The translations under genes were made by a program, and so were the position numbers. Shown here one piece after another: positions 61,191-64,000 of a stretch of 64,000 nt of DNA (positions within the stretch are counted from its first letter, which is position 1; each line of letters opens with the position of its first letter). The notes below the pieces were generated by a model. It worked only from the letters and a program-made list of their open reading frames with translations. It had not been told where the DNA came from and did no database searches. The stretch is from Nitrospina sp. (lineage in GTDB: Bacteria; Nitrospinota; Nitrospinia; Nitrospinales; VA-1), in the NCBI GenBank assembly GCA_018673915.1, contig JABHBK010000044.1, positions 86,940 to 150,939 on the forward strand. Reading direction: 5' to 3'.

Positions 61191-61352
61191 CGAGAGTCGC
61201 AAATAACAGAAAAACTTAAAATCACTAAGCAGCAGTTTTCAAAATACGAAAAAGATAAATCTATCCCACCATCTGATAAGCTTTTAAAAATTTCTCAGCT
61301 TTGCGAAGTAAATCCAGGTTGGCTTCTCTCAGGTGAAGGAAACCCATTTTAA
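61191..61352 (+). pseudogene. 5'-truncated XRE-family helix-turn-helix gene remnant
   Basis: The frame opens at 61191, just after an in-frame TAG, and has no start codon. It reads ITEKLKITKQQFSKYEKDKSIPPSDKLLKISQLCEVNPGWLLSGEGNPF*. This matches the recognition-helix-to-C-terminus part of Cro/C1-type HTH proteins. About 17-20 N-terminal residues are missing where the tRNA now sits. Confidence 0.55.
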
Positions 61353-61360
61353 TTTTTATT

Positions 61361-62179
61361 ATGGCAGAAGAAAATACACCCGTTAAAGAAATTACCCCGG
61401 AAGAATTTTTTCTAGAGTCCCCTTTATACGACAAAGTAACCTTAAAAGGGGATAATGCATATACCTTTCGATTTACTATAAAATACCCAAAAAAAAGACT
61501 CACAATAGATTCATATTGCCCGTACTGCCTTAACCAATCAGTTTTCATAAATAAAGAAATTGAGGGATCTCATAGTCAAATTGTATCCGATGGCCTTCAT
61601 ACAACTATATTCCGTTGCTCTAGGGACAATGAACACTGGATAGGATTTATCTTTCTATTTCATCAGGATTGGGTTCAAAAAATAGGTCAATTCCCATCAA
61701 TCGCAGATTTACAAAAAGCAGAAATAGAAAAATATCATAAAATTTTAGGGAATGATAAATATAAAGAATTTACCAAGGCAATTGGACTAGCTTCTCACGG
61801 AGTAGGAATTGGTTCATTCGTGTACCTCAGGCGAATATTTGAATCATTAATTGAAGAAGCACATACAAAGGCTTCAACGGCAAGTGAATTTAAGGAAGAA
61901 GATTATATTAAAGGAAGAATGGCTGAAAAAATTGTTTTACTAAAAGAGCACTTACCTGGATTCCTTATTGAGAACAAAAGTTTGTATTCTATCCTAAGTA
62001 AGGGTGTTCATGAACTAAGCGAAGATGAATGTATCAAGTTTTTCCCCGTAATTAAAATTGGTATCGAAATTATTCTCGATCAAAAACTTGAAAGTAAAAA
62101 AATAGAGGAGAAAGCCCTAAAGGCAAAAGAAGCTATTAGAGAAATTCATGGAGAGCTCAGCCAAACAACCGAAAAATAG
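61361..62179 (+). CDS. hypothetical protein with N-terminal Cys-cluster and helical C-terminal domain (DUF4145-like by recollection)
   Basis: 272 codons in a low-GC context. It has CPYC ... C-x5-H (FRCSRDNEH). The C-terminal pattern AIGLASHGVGIGSFVYLRRIFESLIEE...ILSKGVHELSEDE resembles DUF4145. Confidence 0.6.
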   Translation: MAEENTPVKEITPEEFFLESPLYDKVTLKGDNAYTFRFTIKYPKKRLTIDSYCPYCLNQSVFINKEIEGSHSQIVSDGLHTTIFRCSRDNEHWIGFIFLFHQDWVQKIGQFPSIADLQKAEIEKYHKILGNDKYKEFTKAIGLASHGVGIGSFVYLRRIFESLIEEAHTKASTASEFKEEDYIKGRMAEKIVLLKEHLPGFLIENKSLYSILSKGVHELSEDECIKFFPVIKIGIEIILDQKLESKKIEEKALKAKEAIREIHGELSQTTEK

Positions 62180-62349
62180 AAAGATTACCCTTTTTCAAAA
62201 CATCACACTTCCTTATTGCACTCCTCCTCTTGGTTAAAATTTTTTTAACCGCACATGATCCCTGTTTCACGCTTTCTTTTGATTATTCTAAAAGGTAAAA
62301 TCTTTTTCAGGACCATTTTTTTACCTTATTTATACCCATAGTTCACTCA

Positions 62350-62898
62350 ATGTCTAATTACTCAGAAGCAGCTAAACAACACCATGAAATTTCTTTGCAA
62401 TACGAGCACAAATATATCCTTTTTTTTGTAGCCCTTATTTTCTCGATTCTCGGTTTGGCCATTGAAACATCCACTCCTTCCAAGAATTATTTTCAAATAA
62501 TATTTGAACTGAGCGGGTGGTTATTTTTATTACTTTCTGGAATCTTGGGTCTTGTTATCCTTCAAGAAAGCGCAGCATATTACCGATTTCAATCTGAAAA
62601 CTCCTCACTCTGGAACGAATTAAATAGCTTGCTCAGTCAAAAAGAAATGGGAAAAGAAAATATTCCCTGGCTAGACTCCAGCCGAGCAGATGAAGTTCGG
62701 CATATTATGAGACCCATTGATGATGTCATAAGGGATAAGGAAAATTCATTAAAGCAAATCGTCTCAGAGAGAGACACTGTTCAAAAAGATGTGGTCCTTA
62801 AAATAAATATTCAAGGAATTACTTTTACCATTGGAATTATAGGATTAATAATTTCACGCGGGTGGGATCATATTGCTTATATTATAATTAATTCTTAA
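62350..62898 (+). CDS. hypothetical three-TM membrane protein
   Basis: 182 codons. There are two N-terminal TM segments, a charged helical middle and a C-terminal TM segment (ITFTIGIIGLIISRGW). Confidence 0.55.
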   Translation: MSNYSEAAKQHHEISLQYEHKYILFFVALIFSILGLAIETSTPSKNYFQIIFELSGWLFLLLSGILGLVILQESAAYYRFQSENSSLWNELNSLLSQKEMGKENIPWLDSSRADEVRHIMRPIDDVIRDKENSLKQIVSERDTVQKDVVLKINIQGITFTIGIIGLIISRGWDHIAYIIINS

Positions 62899-63137
62899 TT
62901 TCTATTTTAGATTTTCTCCCGCCCCTTTTTCGATCCAAATCATTTAATCAGTTTTATCAAATAACACAGAATTTTAAGATAGAAATAGCGGTTGAATAAG
63001 CCCTTAAATGTCAATAATCGCGTTGGCACATGATCTCAACAACAGCTTAATTCTGAAAAACTTAGAAAAGAATATAATGTGATCGGACAATTTCCGCTTT
63101 CAATCAAAGGTAAGCATTAGTAATAACGAAACAATCA

Positions 63138-63602
63138 ATGAAATACTTTTTGAGGATTTTATTTATAATCTTAATTTTGACGAGCTGTTCGTCAATTAAA
63201 AGCACTGTATATTTTTGGGAGAAAAATAGTTTTGAAAGCATAAAGATAATTGCAGCCCCAAATGCTAATCTGAACACAGCAATCGCTGTAGATCTAGTGT
63301 TTGCTTATGACAAGGAAATGGTTGGTGAATTGGAAAAAATAAATGCGCGCAATTGGTTTAAGGGAAAAGCAAGTTACCGCTTAAATTTCCCTACTGGTTT
63401 CGATGTTGTTTCATGGGAGGTGATTCCAGGGCAAAATGCACCTCAAAAGCCTTTTCCAGAAAATAGTAAAAGAGCTTTAGGAATTTTTATATTTGCCAAT
63501 TATGCTATTCCAGATGGTGTCTATCGAGCGCGTGTAGATAAACTGAAATATATTGAATTGTTATTAGGAGAAATAGAAATTAATATTGTTAACCATCCCT
63601 GA
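63138..63602 (+). CDS. hypothetical lipoprotein
   Basis: MKYFLRILFIILILTSC is a signal with an LTSC lipobox. 154 aa. Confidence 0.6.
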   Translation: MKYFLRILFIILILTSCSSIKSTVYFWEKNSFESIKIIAAPNANLNTAIAVDLVFAYDKEMVGELEKINARNWFKGKASYRLNFPTGFDVVSWEVIPGQNAPQKPFPENSKRALGIFIFANYAIPDGVYRARVDKLKYIELLLGEIEINIVNHP

Positions 63603-63779
63603 TAATAAATTTGATCCATATATACTGGTTCCCAGCTCCAATGATAGCAAGTCCAGCCTCATTTTCCCCTGTCAGCGAACCCCTTAAATTTCAATGAGCG
63701 GCCGGTTATACCCATTCTGGGCATGAATTCAAAGGTTGGGGATATCACACATGATCCCGGCATTATTACCTTCCGTTTT

Positions 63780-63809
63780 AAAAATTTAAGGAATAATCCT
63801 TAAATTTTT
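63780..63809. repeat. perfect 13-bp inverted repeat (operator or bidirectional terminator candidate)
   Basis: aaaaatttaagga-ataa-tccttaaattttt lies 49 nt upstream of the ATG at 63858. Confidence 0.6.
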
Positions 63810-63857
63810 CAGGTCTTACATAGTAGACAATGTTAAATGCCTGAGGGAGGTTAAGAA

Positions 63858-64000
63858 ATGACAACCGATATAATTCTTGCTGTTTTAGGCTGGTGTATCG
63901 TAATTAACTTTGGGATTCTACTATTTTGGTGGTTTTGCTTGATGTTTGCACACGACTGGGTATACAGAATTCATAGCAAATGGTTCAAATTATCAGCGGA
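63858..64000 (+). CDS. hypothetical membrane protein, 3'-partial at window end
   Basis: The ATG is preceded by gagggagg. It reads MTTDIILAVLGWCIVINFGILLFWWFCLMFAHDWVYRIHSKWFKLS and is open to the window edge. Confidence 0.4.
   Translation, partial: MTTDIILAVLGWCIVINFGILLFWWFCLMFAHDWVYRIHSKWFKLSA

Noticed and set aside
61261-61548. Minus-strand 95-codon ORF.
   Set aside because: It overlaps both the HTH remnant and the start of the 272-codon plus-strand gene. It has no motif and an AT-rich random-like composition.
61183-64000. Search for an att-type direct repeat of the tRNA-Leu(CAG) 3' end and for an integrase to delimit the island.
   Set aside because: Neither was found within the window. 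The island boundary therefore remains undefined rather than annotated as a mobile element.

Overview
The window looks like a chromosomal segment of a diderm bacterium. I cannot assign a taxon from the sequence alone. Single-line spot counts give roughly 50% GC in core genes. About 60 genes are mostly housekeeping. The syntenic blocks are tRNA-Leu/tig/clpP/clpX/lon; thiS-thiG-thiE-thiC behind a clear TPP riboswitch with a terminator; an mlaEFD operon; a TPR protein, a LolB-like protein, then ispE, tRNA-Gln, prs, rplY, pth and hppA; mqnA; hisI and hisG; a run of three RNA-modification genes; tatB-like; and ribF. The accessory or unusual content is:
- A two-partner secretion locus with an atypical 1883-aa exoprotein (612-8006).
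- An oversized phosphohexomutase-like gene followed by a hexapeptide-repeat transferase (10101-13623).
- An RsbW-like kinase plus a phosphorylatable STAS protein directly upstream of mlaEFD, the position MlaB occupies in proteobacteria.
- A QW-motif toroid protein, a nucleotidyltransferase and a GAF-PP2C phosphatase in one cluster.
- An RNI-type leucine-rich-repeat protein.
- A low-GC stretch downstream of tRNA-Leu(CAG) (61183-64000) that opens with a truncated HTH gene remnant and encodes only unknown proteins.

Intergenic DNA is populated by several families of short GC-rich hairpin (REP-like) modules and MITE-like inverted-repeat elements. Some of these supply stop codons, and some corrupt the ORF-track start predictions. 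I saw no CRISPR array, transposase, integrase or rRNA gene.
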